Assembly: GCA_024763475.1 (NCBI GenBank)
Contig: JANTFM010000003.1
Span: 1-41,593 of the forward strand
Length of the DNA stretch: 41,593 nucleotides
Direction of reading: 5' to 3'
Origin: Acidobacteriota bacterium
Lineage (GTDB): Bacteria; Acidobacteriota; Polarisedimenticolia; J045
Each line of letters opens with the position of its first letter. Position 1 is the stretch's first letter. Below are positions 19,760 to 29,021 of the stretch, piece by piece. The notes under the pieces are model-generated. The model ran no database searches, was not told where the DNA came from, and was given only the letters and a program-made list of their open reading frames with translations. The position numbers and the translations under genes are program-made.

Positions 19760-22075
19760 ATGTTGAAAATGAAGGGTCTCGTCGTTACCTCCGTCTGCGC
19801 CGTGGTGTGTGGGCTGTCGTTATTCGTTGCCTGGGGAGCGGGGGGCTGGACTCTGATCGGCTGGAATGACCTCGGCATGCACTGCATGGATGCCGACTAC
19901 AGCGTCTTCTCGATTCTCCCGCCCTACAACACGATTCATGCACAGCTCCTGAACGAGGAGGGCGTGCTCATCACGGATCCGGACGCCCTTGGAATCAGCA
20001 TCAGCTTCGAGGCGACCGCAGACCCCTCCTCTTCCATCAACGCGAGCAGCGTGGGAAAAACCAACTTCTGGGATCACTCCGGCGACCTCTTCGGCGCCTC
20101 TCCCGCGCCCGATCACGGCCTCAAGGACGCGAGCATGCCGGGTCCGGCGAATACTCCGCAGCCGATGGTCTTCGACGCCACCCACGGCTGGTTCACAGCG
20201 GAGGCCATCCCGATCACTCCTTATGACGACAGCTTCCGCAAGAACTACTATCCCTTGATGCGCCTCGTCGCTCGCAATGCAGCCAACCAGGTTCTTGCGA
20301 GCACAGACATCGTCCTCCCCGTGTCCGATGAGATGGACTGCAGCGCCTGCCACGGCTCGGGCACCGAAGTGGCCGCCCGGCCGGACCAGGGATGGATCAA
20401 CTCTCCCAGTCCCGTTCGAGACTATCGACTCAACATCCTGCGTCTTCATGACGATCGGCATCTAGGCGACCCAAGCTACGCCGATGCGCTTGCCCAGGCC
20501 GGCCACGACCCGGAAGGACTTTACGTGACGGTAACCCAACGCGGGCGCGCCGTGCTGTGTGCGAGTTGCCACGCCTCCAACGCTCTCCCCGGCTATGGCG
20601 TCGACGGCATCCCACCCTTCACCCAGGCCCTTCACTCGCTGCATGCCAACGTCAACGACCCGACCAACGGCATGCGACTCGACGATACGAGCAATCGCTC
20701 GGCGTGCTACCGCTGCCATCCCGGCTCGACGACTCGCTGCCTCCGCGGAGCCATGGGTGCCGCGGTGAGACAGGATGGGTCACTCGACATGCAGTGCCAG
20801 AGCTGCCACGGAAACATGAGCCAGGTTGGCGCCACGACGCGCTCAGGCTGGTTCGACGAACCAAAGTGCCAGTCCTGCCACACGGGGGACGCGCAGAGTA
20901 ACAACGGGCAGATTCGCTACTCCGACGTCTTCGAATCCATGGGCGTTCCCCGGCAGGCCGTCAACCCGCGCTTCGCCACCAATCCGGATACCCCGGAGCC
21001 CGGCCTGTCCCTCTACCGCTTCTCCAAGGGGCACGGCGCGCTCCATTGCGAGGCCTGTCACGGATCCACCCACGCGATCTTCCCCTCCTCCCATGGCAAC
21101 GACAATATCCAGAACGAGGTCTTGCAGGGGCACGGCGGCACGCTCGTTGAGTGCACGGCGTGTCACGCCAGTGATCCCGACACCTGGACCGGGGGGCCGC
21201 ATGGAATGCATCCGGTCGGCCAGGTCTGGGTCGATCGGCACCCAGACGCGGTCGAGGCTGGCGGTGCGGCGCAGTGCCAAGCCTGCCACGGCATGGACTT
21301 TCGTGCGACGGTTCTCTCGGAATCCAAGGCGAATCGGATGTTGAGCACGCGCTATGGTACGAAGAACTTCTGGAACGGCTTCCGGATCAGCTGCTACTCG
21401 TGTCATAACGGCCCGAACAACGAGGACCCCAATCCGAATCACCCTGCCCTTGCTCAGAACGCTCTCTCGGCAACGGCTTTCGAAACTCCGGTGGATATCC
21501 CGCTCGCAGCCTCGGACAACGACGGCGACTCACTCGTCCTGCGCGTCGTCGACCAGCCGGGACATGGCCGCGTCGCCCTCGCCGGGACCCTGGCGACCTA
21601 CTACCCGGATCGCGGATTCGCCGGAGACGACAGCTTCAGCTGGGCAGCCTGGGATGGGGACACGGACTCGAATCTGGCCTCCGTATCGCTCTCGGTAAGC
21701 GGCCCGCTCGCGCCCTCCCCGGTCCCCGGCGGTGTCGGTGTAAGCGGGAGCCAGGTCCAGCTCTCCAAGCTCCCCGTAGACTCGCTGCGAGTGAACTGGG
21801 ACGTAAGCAGCTGTCCTTCTCCCGGGTATCACCTGGTGTGGTATGACCTGTGGTCGATTGGCGCGTATACCATCGACACCGTGGATTGCGTGCTCGGCAC
21901 CCTTGGCGACCAGGTCGTCGTTCCTCCGGGAGGCTCCGTCGCGGCGATCGTCGTTTCGAATGATGGCGCGAGCGTCGAAGGCTCCCACGGCCTCGATAGC
22001 GCCGCCACCGAGCGGCCCTCGGCTGCGGAAAGCTGCGGGATGCTCGAAAAGAATGCGGACGGCACCTGTCCTTGA
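19760..22075 (+). CDS. Secreted multiheme (9 x CxxCH) c-type cytochrome with Ig/cadherin-like domain and shared C-terminal 'CP' domain
   Basis: Signal peptide, WNDLGMHC, then CSACH, CASCH, CYRCH, CQSCH (x2), CEACH, CTACH, CQACH and CYSCH. Ig-like segment DNDGDSL...QPGHG...TYYPDRGFAGDDSF. Ends EGSHG...ERPS...C...CP. Confidence 0.92.
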   Translation: MLKMKGLVVTSVCAVVCGLSLFVAWGAGGWTLIGWNDLGMHCMDADYSVFSILPPYNTIHAQLLNEEGVLITDPDALGISISFEATADPSSSINASSVGKTNFWDHSGDLFGASPAPDHGLKDASMPGPANTPQPMVFDATHGWFTAEAIPITPYDDSFRKNYYPLMRLVARNAANQVLASTDIVLPVSDEMDCSACHGSGTEVAARPDQGWINSPSPVRDYRLNILRLHDDRHLGDPSYADALAQAGHDPEGLYVTVTQRGRAVLCASCHASNALPGYGVDGIPPFTQALHSLHANVNDPTNGMRLDDTSNRSACYRCHPGSTTRCLRGAMGAAVRQDGSLDMQCQSCHGNMSQVGATTRSGWFDEPKCQSCHTGDAQSNNGQIRYSDVFESMGVPRQAVNPRFATNPDTPEPGLSLYRFSKGHGALHCEACHGSTHAIFPSSHGNDNIQNEVLQGHGGTLVECTACHASDPDTWTGGPHGMHPVGQVWVDRHPDAVEAGGAAQCQACHGMDFRATVLSESKANRMLSTRYGTKNFWNGFRISCYSCHNGPNNEDPNPNHPALAQNALSATAFETPVDIPLAASDNDGDSLVLRVVDQPGHGRVALAGTLATYYPDRGFAGDDSFSWAAWDGDTDSNLASVSLSVSGPLAPSPVPGGVGVSGSQVQLSKLPVDSLRVNWDVSSCPSPGYHLVWYDLWSIGAYTIDTVDCVLGTLGDQVVVPPGGSVAAIVVSNDGASVEGSHGLDSAATERPSAAESCGMLEKNADGTCP

Positions 22076-22185
22076 GTGCATCGCCCTGTGATGTACCCTC
22101 TGTGTAGGGTTCGCATCGGAGGATCTCCCCGGTCCTGAGATTCGCGACCGGGGAGTCACCCCGAAGCAAGCGATCCCTAGAGGAG

Positions 22186-22581
22186 ATGTCACAAATGGGT
22201 GCTTCGGACGAGACGACAAGCGGTATCCGCGTTCAGGTGGAGAGCCGGTATAGACCTGAACGCAGCGCGCCGGGACGGGCGTTCTTCTTCGCTTACCGGA
22301 TTCGCATCTCCAACGTCGGTGAGACACCGGCCCAGCTGGTTGCGCGGCATTGGATCATCACCAACGGAAACGGGCAGGTCGAGCATGTACGCGGCCCAGG
22401 GGTTGTTGGAGAGACGCCGAGACTGACACCCGGGACCGCCTTCGAGTACGAGAGCTTCTGCCCCCTCGCCACGCCGCTCGGTGCCATGCGCGGTCAATTC
22501 CAGATGGTACGGGATGACGGAACGCAGTTCGAAGCCGAGGTCGGAGAGTTCTCGCTCGAAGTCCCGGACTCGATCAACTGA
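22186..22581 (+). CDS. apaG: ApaG protein
   Basis: FAYRIRISN, QLVARHWIIT, VRGPGVVGETP and FEYESFCPL. Confidence 0.95.
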   Translation: MSQMGASDETTSGIRVQVESRYRPERSAPGRAFFFAYRIRISNVGETPAQLVARHWIITNGNGQVEHVRGPGVVGETPRLTPGTAFEYESFCPLATPLGAMRGQFQMVRDDGTQFEAEVGEFSLEVPDSIN

Positions 22582-22601
22582 GTCCGGGAGAGGAGTCTTC
22601 C

Positions 22602-24581
22602 ATGGCTGGAGAGAGCGATCGCACCCCAGGAAGCGGAAGAACGCCTGGCGACGCTGGTCAGACGACAGCCTGGGACTGCAAGAAGGCCTTCGAGCACTAC
22701 CGCATCAAGGATTGGAGTAGCGGATACTTCACGGTCAACGAGAAGGGGCATATGGCCGTGCTGCCTCCCGGAGACGGCCCGGTCCCCGCCGACCTGCACG
22801 AGATCGTGGAAGGCCTGCGTGAACGGGGTATCAACCCTCCGGTTCTTCTGAGGTTCAACCACATCCTCGAGGACCGCCTTCGCTTCCTCCACGAGTGCTT
22901 CGAGCGAGCGATCCATGAAAACAGCTACGCGGGCGACTACATCGCTGTCTATCCCACCAAGGTCAATGAGCAGCGCCAGGTCGTCGAGAGCGTCTTCCAC
23001 ACCAGCGAGGAGTTTCATTTCGGCCTGGAGGTGGGCTCCCTGCCGGAACTGATCGCGGTGATCGCGATGAGTTCCAGCGAGAACGAGCGCCTGATCATTT
23101 GCAACGGCTTCAAGGGTGAGCGTTTCCTGCGCGCCGTGCTGATGGCGGCGCTCCTGGGACGCCGGATCATCGCGGTGATCGACTCCTACGAGGAGCTTGA
23201 CCGGATTCTCCGCCTCGCGGACGAACTCAAGGTGCGCCCGTTGCTCGGCGTTCGGATCAAGCTCTCGAGCCAAGGCACCGGCCGCTGGAGCGAGTCCGCG
23301 GGCAGCAAAGCGAAATTCGGTCTTTTCATCAGTGAACTCCTCGAGATCGTCCACCTCCTGCGCGAACGCGACATGCTCGACTGCTTCCAGTTGATCCATT
23401 GCCACATCGGCAGCCAGATCGAGGATATTCGTGCGATCAAGGCCGCGATCGATGAGTTCTCGCGCCTCTTTGTCGAGCTGTCCCGTCTCGGCGCCAGGCT
23501 GCGCTACGTGGATGTCGGCGGCGGACTCGGTGTCGATTACGATGGCAGCCAGACGGGCGCTGCGCCTTCGATCAACTACACGGCCTTCGAATACGCCTCC
23601 AGCATCGTCTATCGGCTGGCCACAGCGTGCCGGCAATCCAAGCTGCAAGCACCGACGATCATCAGCGAGTCCGGACGGGCGATGGTCGCCCACAAGAGTG
23701 TCCTCGCCTTCGAGGTCATCGGGCGGGCCTCGGTGACGCGCGCGGCTGGTGAGGTTCCCCCTCTCTCCGAGATCGAGAAGGCGTACGAGACGGTCCCCCA
23801 GTCGGTCCGTGATCTCTACGACACGATCGACTTCCTCGACAAGGAACGTGTTGCGGAGAACTTCCATGATGCAACCCACGCCTTCACGTCGGCGCTCGAG
23901 GCGTTCAACCTCGGTTACCTGCCGATCGAGATGCGTGGGCTCGCCGAGAGGCTGTACTGGATCTGCCTTGGGGGGATCAACCGGCTATTGGCCAGCCTGG
24001 ACGAGATTCCCTCAGAGCTTGCCAACCTGTCCGAGGCACTCTCCGAGATCTACTTCGGGAACTTCTCGCTCTTCCAGTCGCTGCCGGACTCGTGGGCCAT
24101 CGGGCAGGTGTACCCGATCGTTCCCTTGCAGAAGCTCGAGACCGAACCGACCGTCCGCGCCATCCTCGCCGATATCACCTGTGATAGCGACGGCAAGATT
24201 GACACCTTCATCGGCGCGGACGGGATCCAACACACTCTCGATCTTCACCCGCTGGATGATGAGACTCCCTACTACCTCGGCGTGTTCCTTGTCGGCGCGT
24301 ACCAGGAAGCACTCGGCGACCTGCACAACCTCTTCGGCGACACCAACGTTGCCCAGATCAAGGTCGAGGCCGACGGCAGCTGGTGGCTGGAAGACATCGT
24401 CGAGGGCGACACCTCCGCGGAAGTCCTGGGCTACGTCCAGTACGATGCCGAGGATCTCTACAATCGGGTCATGCGGGACTGCCAGACATCGATTCGAGCC
24501 GGTCGAATGAGCCCGACTGAAAGCCGCGACCTGCTCTCGTTCTACAAGCAGGAACTCGACGGCTACACCTACCTCGAGTAG
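22602..24581 (+). CDS. speA: Biosynthetic arginine decarboxylase
   Basis: VYPTKVN (PLP Lys), GLEVGS, CNGFK, HCHIGSQI, DVGGGLGVDYDGS, ESGRA and ADITCDSDG. Confidence 0.96.
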   Translation: MAGESDRTPGSGRTPGDAGQTTAWDCKKAFEHYRIKDWSSGYFTVNEKGHMAVLPPGDGPVPADLHEIVEGLRERGINPPVLLRFNHILEDRLRFLHECFERAIHENSYAGDYIAVYPTKVNEQRQVVESVFHTSEEFHFGLEVGSLPELIAVIAMSSSENERLIICNGFKGERFLRAVLMAALLGRRIIAVIDSYEELDRILRLADELKVRPLLGVRIKLSSQGTGRWSESAGSKAKFGLFISELLEIVHLLRERDMLDCFQLIHCHIGSQIEDIRAIKAAIDEFSRLFVELSRLGARLRYVDVGGGLGVDYDGSQTGAAPSINYTAFEYASSIVYRLATACRQSKLQAPTIISESGRAMVAHKSVLAFEVIGRASVTRAAGEVPPLSEIEKAYETVPQSVRDLYDTIDFLDKERVAENFHDATHAFTSALEAFNLGYLPIEMRGLAERLYWICLGGINRLLASLDEIPSELANLSEALSEIYFGNFSLFQSLPDSWAIGQVYPIVPLQKLETEPTVRAILADITCDSDGKIDTFIGADGIQHTLDLHPLDDETPYYLGVFLVGAYQEALGDLHNLFGDTNVAQIKVEADGSWWLEDIVEGDTSAEVLGYVQYDAEDLYNRVMRDCQTSIRAGRMSPTESRDLLSFYKQELDGYTYLE

Positions 24582-24594
24582 CTGGAGGCACGGC

Positions 24595-25452
24595 ATGAAC
24601 CCCGGAGCGTTCCTCGATCTCACGGCGGAGTTCAGCGATCCGCTGCGCTCGAAAGTCGTCATCGTGCCGGTGCCCTATGACGAGACGAGCACCTTCGCCA
24701 AGGGAGCTGACCGGGGCCCGCAGGCCTTGATCGAGGCCTCCGCTGCTCTCGAGGACTACGACATCGAGACCGGCTGGGAGCCCCATGTCGTCGGGATCAC
24801 CACGCGTCCCCCTTTGCGGCACCAGGGAAACCCCGGGGACCTCGCGGATCGCCTGGAAGCGGAGATCGCGGAGATTCTCGCGGAGGACCGGCTGCCCGTC
24901 GTCCTCGGCGGAGACCACTCGGTGAGCATTGGCGCGATGCGGGCTGCCGCAAGTCACGACCCGGGCTTGAGCTTCCTGCAGATCGATGCCCACGCGGACA
25001 CTCGCGAAACCTACGAAGGGTCGCCTTATAACCACGCCTGCGTCATGGCGCGAGCCCGCGAACTGGGCCCGATCTCCCAGGTCGGCATCCGTTCGCTCGA
25101 TCGCTCAGAACTCGACACGCTCGACCCACAGCGCGTCTGGTACGCCCACGAAATCCTGCGGGATCCTCGTCGGGGCTGGATCGACGACGTCATCGCCTCA
25201 CTCTCGAATCCGGTCTACCTGACCATCGATCTCGACGCCTTCGATCCGTCGCTGATTCCCGGTACGGGAACACCGGAGCCGGGCGGGCTCGGCTGGCACG
25301 ACGTCATCCAACTCATCGACGCGCTCGCGAGCGCGAGAGATGTCGTCGCCTTCGACGTGGTCGAACTGTGCCCGATACCCGGACACCGGACCAGCGAGTT
25401 CACCGCGGCCAAGCTCGTGCATCGAACCCTGGCCGCGGTCCTGCAGCCATAG
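24595..25452 (+). CDS. speB: Agmatinase
   Basis: LGGDHS, DAHAD and DLDAFDP...GTGTPEPGG. Directly follows speA. Confidence 0.93.
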   Translation: MNPGAFLDLTAEFSDPLRSKVVIVPVPYDETSTFAKGADRGPQALIEASAALEDYDIETGWEPHVVGITTRPPLRHQGNPGDLADRLEAEIAEILAEDRLPVVLGGDHSVSIGAMRAAASHDPGLSFLQIDAHADTRETYEGSPYNHACVMARARELGPISQVGIRSLDRSELDTLDPQRVWYAHEILRDPRRGWIDDVIASLSNPVYLTIDLDAFDPSLIPGTGTPEPGGLGWHDVIQLIDALASARDVVAFDVVELCPIPGHRTSEFTAAKLVHRTLAAVLQP

Positions 25453-25465
25453 GCATCGGAATGCA

Positions 25466-26629
25466 TCACTCGCCATCAGCGGCGGCGGACGAAGAGAGGA
25501 GGATCTCGATCTTGCTCGCGTACCTGCGCTTCAGCGCGTCGGTGGCGGCCACCTTCTTCGCGCGCTCGAGCCAGCGTTCTGCCGCCGGCTCATCCCCCTT
25601 TCTCAGGTAGCAGAGACCCAACAGCAGATAGAAGCGGTCCTCCTGCTTTCGAACACGAATGGCGTACTCGAGATGAGCGATCGCCGCGTCGTAGTCCCCG
25701 GCAACGAACGCCTCGTGGGCTCGCTGGTAGCGATAGTAGGGATTGCGCCTGCGGTGATGCAGCACGCGCTTCCGATACTCGTCCGCCTTGCGCGCATCGC
25801 CAAGGCGCTCGTAGAGGGCTGCCAGGTTGCTCATCGCCACGAAGTCCAGCCTGTCCGCCTTCAACGCCTCCAGGTAGGCGGACTCGGCGAAGAAGAAGAA
25901 GCCATTGCGCGAGTACAAGGTACCGAGGTTGGTCCAAGCGGGAGAAAAAGCCCGATCATGGCGTAGGAGCGCCTCACGGAAGCACGCGAGAGCGGCCGCC
26001 GCATCACCTTCCTGCAGGTGCTGAACGCCGACGTTGTTGTAGTAGTGCGCCAACGCCCGCGCATCGGATATGGCGCGCATGTCATAGCTCGAGCGGAACT
26101 CCGCCATGTTGAAGTCGACGACATGATCGCCCTCCCGGCCGAGATCAACGAGCACGTTCACATGACGGTTCAGGACGAAGACATCCTCCCCGAGAACCCA
26201 GTCCGGCGGAATGTCCACTTCCTGGAAACTCGCGGCGAGATCGAGATAGCGGGCCATCGCCACGAACATCGTGGAGAAGGACAGACAGTTTCCGCGCCGG
26301 GCCTCGAAGGTCTCGGCGGCCGTGCGGGTCTTGTCGTCGTACTCCAAGCCGAAAGACCCCTCGCTGATGATGGCGCGTGCAAGCTGCCGCAACCTGGCTG
26401 TGCTGCTCGCACCACGATCCACGTGAGCCTCGAGGAACGCCTGCATCTTCGGGCTCACGGCAAGCACCATGCTCCCAGCGACGGGCTCAGCTACGGCGCG
26501 GTCCCCACCCAACGGAGCGCCTGCCAGAAGATCCGCGGCCCTGATCCTCGTCGCTCGCGATAACTCCGGCCCACTCGCGCAGCCATGGGCGAGGATCATA
26601 AGAGCGATGAACGAAGCACGAACCCACAT
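25466..26629 (-). CDS. Lipoprotein with transglutaminase-like domain and TPR repeats
   Basis: Lipobox AHGC. Candidate Cys-His-Asp triad in GNCLS, RHVN and VVDFN. TPR-like YYNNVG and AWTNLG. Confidence 0.82.
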   Translation of the reverse strand: MWVRASFIALMILAHGCASGPELSRATRIRAADLLAGAPLGGDRAVAEPVAGSMVLAVSPKMQAFLEAHVDRGASSTARLRQLARAIISEGSFGLEYDDKTRTAAETFEARRGNCLSFSTMFVAMARYLDLAASFQEVDIPPDWVLGEDVFVLNRHVNVLVDLGREGDHVVDFNMAEFRSSYDMRAISDARALAHYYNNVGVQHLQEGDAAAALACFREALLRHDRAFSPAWTNLGTLYSRNGFFFFAESAYLEALKADRLDFVAMSNLAALYERLGDARKADEYRKRVLHHRRRNPYYRYQRAHEAFVAGDYDAAIAHLEYAIRVRKQEDRFYLLLGLCYLRKGDEPAAERWLERAKKVAATDALKRRYASKIEILLSSSAAADGE

Positions 26630-26688
26630 GGTCAGAATACCTGGAAGACAGCGGCCGGAGCGGCTGCGCCAGCCCTGACTATCCTACT

Positions 26689-26900
26689 CCGCATTGTTCA
26701 TGGGCCCTTCGGCCGAAACAATAGTCTGCGCTCTGGCCGCGCCCTTCGGGCCCTCTCGCCCGGACTCGGCGCTGAACACCCTGCCGTGTCCTGGTCAAGT
26801 ACATTTCGCGTGTGAAATCTCGCGTGTTCAGGCCTACGCGCGGGCGATCCAGAGGCATCTACGGCGTTTCGACTCGAAGGTTCATGAACAAACAAAGCGG
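26689..26900. repeat. ~210-nt imperfect rod-like inverted repeat (MITE/REP-like or ncRNA)
   Basis: Six nested blocks: TTGTTCATG/CATGAACAA, CCTTCG/CGAAGG, CGAAAC/GTTTCG, CTCTGG/CCAGAG, TCGCCCG/CGGGCGA and CTGAACAC/GTGTTCAG. Confidence 0.65.
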
Positions 26901-27011
26901 GCCAACCGGTTCCAGACGCGACAGGCCAGATCGCGCGAACTGCGGCCACCCTGCTGAACTCGATTCGCGCCTGGGGTGCTGCTCCTGAGAGCATGCGCCT
27001 GGGAGCACCGC

Positions 27012-28394
27012 TCAGGAAGCAGACTCCTCCTCGCCGCCGCCGCCCTCGCTGTCGAGCCGGAACCTGACCACAACCGTAATCGTTGCATCGACTGGGTCGT
27101 TGTCCTTCGTGGCCGGTCTGTAGCGCCACTGCCTGACGGCGTTCACGGCAGACTCGGAGAAGCCGGGATCCGGCTCCGGGGCGTTGAGCACTGAGATATC
27201 ACCAACCTCGCCCGTGGCTTTGACGACAATTTGCAGGATGACCTTGCCGTTCTGACGCGCTTTGCGGGCCAGTTCCGGATACATGGGAGTGACGCCGTCG
27301 ATGCGGAGCGGTTCGCTAACACCATCGATCCCCGGTATCAGGGGCACCTTCTTGGATTCTCCAGGACTGACGGTCTCCGGCGGCTGGCATGCACTGAGCA
27401 GCACAGAGAACAACACCGCCGCGACAACAGAAGCGAGAAGAAGGCGGGCGCGGGTCGATGACAAGGACGGCTTGGTTTTCATTCTGCTCATCCTCCGGAT
27501 TCTTTGGGGGAGAAGGCGGCGAGACTCCGCCATCGCGACACAGGTTGGAGCCAAGCTGCCAGACTCGACGCGAGACTCGGCCAGTAGCAAGAGCGCGGCA
27601 AGATAGGGCTGTCTTCCGCAGCGGCCGGCGACCTCATCATCGGTCGCAAGTTCTCGTTCTGTTCTCAATCGGTGATTGGCCCACCAGACCAGTGGATGGA
27701 AGAAGTAGAGCACTTGGATAATCCACTGGAGGGCATTGACGTAGTGGTCGAAACGGCGCAGGTGCGTCAACTCATGCACGAGGACCGGCTCGAGTGTCTC
27801 CTCGCTCCAGAGCTTGCTCGTCGAAGCAGGGAGCAGCAGAATCGGCCTGATCACACCGAAGAGCGCCGGTCCTGCAAGCGCCGAGTCCCGAGCCAGCACG
27901 CGGACCTTCGGCGCCCGAGAGAGGCCCAACTCCCCGGATAGCCGTTCCACTTTCCTAGTCAAGTGTGCGCTCGCGCTCTTGCTGGATTGGCTGATTACTT
28001 TCCTCAGGCGGAGGGCACGTCGAAGCGTCACTCCCCCGATGACCAGCACGCCGACAAGCCATATCAACCCGGCACTCCGGGCCGTCATGGCAGAGAGGAT
28101 CGACGAGAATTCCTCGACTCTCGCACCCGCCGCCACACGGGCTGCCTGTTCCTCGATAAGAACATCTCCCGTCTGTAGTGTGGGAAGAAAGCCCAGGGGC
28201 GACAGGAACATGACCGGCAGTGCGAGGCGAGCCAGGACAAGAACCCAGACGAGGTGGCGGAACTGCGGCCGACTCCTACCCAACAGGAGTGAGAGCCCTG
28301 CAGCGATCAGAATCAAGAGACCGGCCTGCGCACTCAGCGAGGCCAGCGAGGACCAGGTGAACCCTTGCCATGGTACGAGGGTGACCCAGTTCAT
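27012..28394 (-). CDS. BlaR1/M56 metallopeptidase fused to a TonB C-terminal domain
   Basis: GPALFG..RP, HELTHLRRFD, FFHPLVW and ERELATD, then YPELARKARQNGKV and AVNAVRQWRYRPA. Confidence 0.9.
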   Translation of the reverse strand: MNWVTLVPWQGFTWSSLASLSAQAGLLILIAAGLSLLLGRSRPQFRHLVWVLVLARLALPVMFLSPLGFLPTLQTGDVLIEEQAARVAAGARVEEFSSILSAMTARSAGLIWLVGVLVIGGVTLRRALRLRKVISQSSKSASAHLTRKVERLSGELGLSRAPKVRVLARDSALAGPALFGVIRPILLLPASTSKLWSEETLEPVLVHELTHLRRFDHYVNALQWIIQVLYFFHPLVWWANHRLRTERELATDDEVAGRCGRQPYLAALLLLAESRVESGSLAPTCVAMAESRRLLPQRIRRMSRMKTKPSLSSTRARLLLASVVAAVLFSVLLSACQPPETVSPGESKKVPLIPGIDGVSEPLRIDGVTPMYPELARKARQNGKVILQIVVKATGEVGDISVLNAPEPDPGFSESAVNAVRQWRYRPATKDNDPVDATITVVVRFRLDSEGGGGEEESAS

Positions 28395-28783
28395 GGTGTG
28401 TCCTCCTCACGCGAATCCACCAGCTTTCTAAGCGAAGCGAGGTCCTCCTCCGAGAGGCTTTCTTCCTCTGCCAGGTGAACAAGCAACGGGGAGAAGGTCT
28501 TGTCCAACACGACATCCACGAACTCGCTGATCGCCTCCGAGAGGGCTTCGCGTCGGTTGACGAGTGGAGTGTAGAGACAGAGTGGGCCGAGTTTCTCGAC
28601 CTCGAGGTATCCCTTCGCTGCCATACGGTCGAGCATGGTCTTCACGGTGCGATAGTCCCGCTCCCGCCGTTCGAGGGAGTCGTCGAAGATCTGCCGCGCG
28701 GTGGCTTGGCCCCGCCTCCAGCAAATATTCATCAGTGACCATTCACCCTTGGACAGGCGGCTGCGGGGATCACAATTCGTCAT
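28391..28783 (-). CDS. BlaI/MecI/CopY-family repressor
   Basis: LSKGEWSLMNICW and TVKTMLDRMAAKGYL. ATGA overlap with the M56 gene. Confidence 0.92.
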   Translation of the reverse strand: MTNCDPRSRLSKGEWSLMNICWRRGQATARQIFDDSLERRERDYRTVKTMLDRMAAKGYLEVEKLGPLCLYTPLVNRREALSEAISEFVDVVLDKTFSPLLVHLAEEESLSEEDLASLRKLVDSREEDTP

Positions 28784-28802
28784 GTTGGCTCTCCGGGGGG
28801 GA

Positions 28803-28844
28803 TACGTTTGTAGAAACCGTACTACATATGTAGTACCAATGCAA
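28803..28844 (-). promoter_or_regulatory. BlaI-type operators overlapping the blaI-like promoter
   Basis: Perfect 18-bp palindrome GTACTACATATGTAGTAC (28819-28836) contains TACA-NN-TGTA. A second degenerate site lies at 28803-28812. The minus strand reads TTGCAT-17-TACGGT across the operator. Confidence 0.82.
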
Positions 28845-29021
28845 GTGCCACTTCGGCAGCTCGCGCGCGCCCGCTTAAGAGGACGGGCATCCGATTCGAA
28901 GTGAAACGCTGCAAAGAAGCCCGGCTGACTCCCGAGGGAGCTGCGGAGCCATGATAGGATTTCAGCTGTTCCGCGAATCGCGCTGAACGGAAGCGCGCCG
29001 GCTCAGACCCGGAGACCTCCC

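Noticed and set aside
27012-28783. Beta-lactam resistance locus
   Set aside because: The sensor has a TonB-C domain instead of a penicillin-binding domain, and no beta-lactamase is adjacent.
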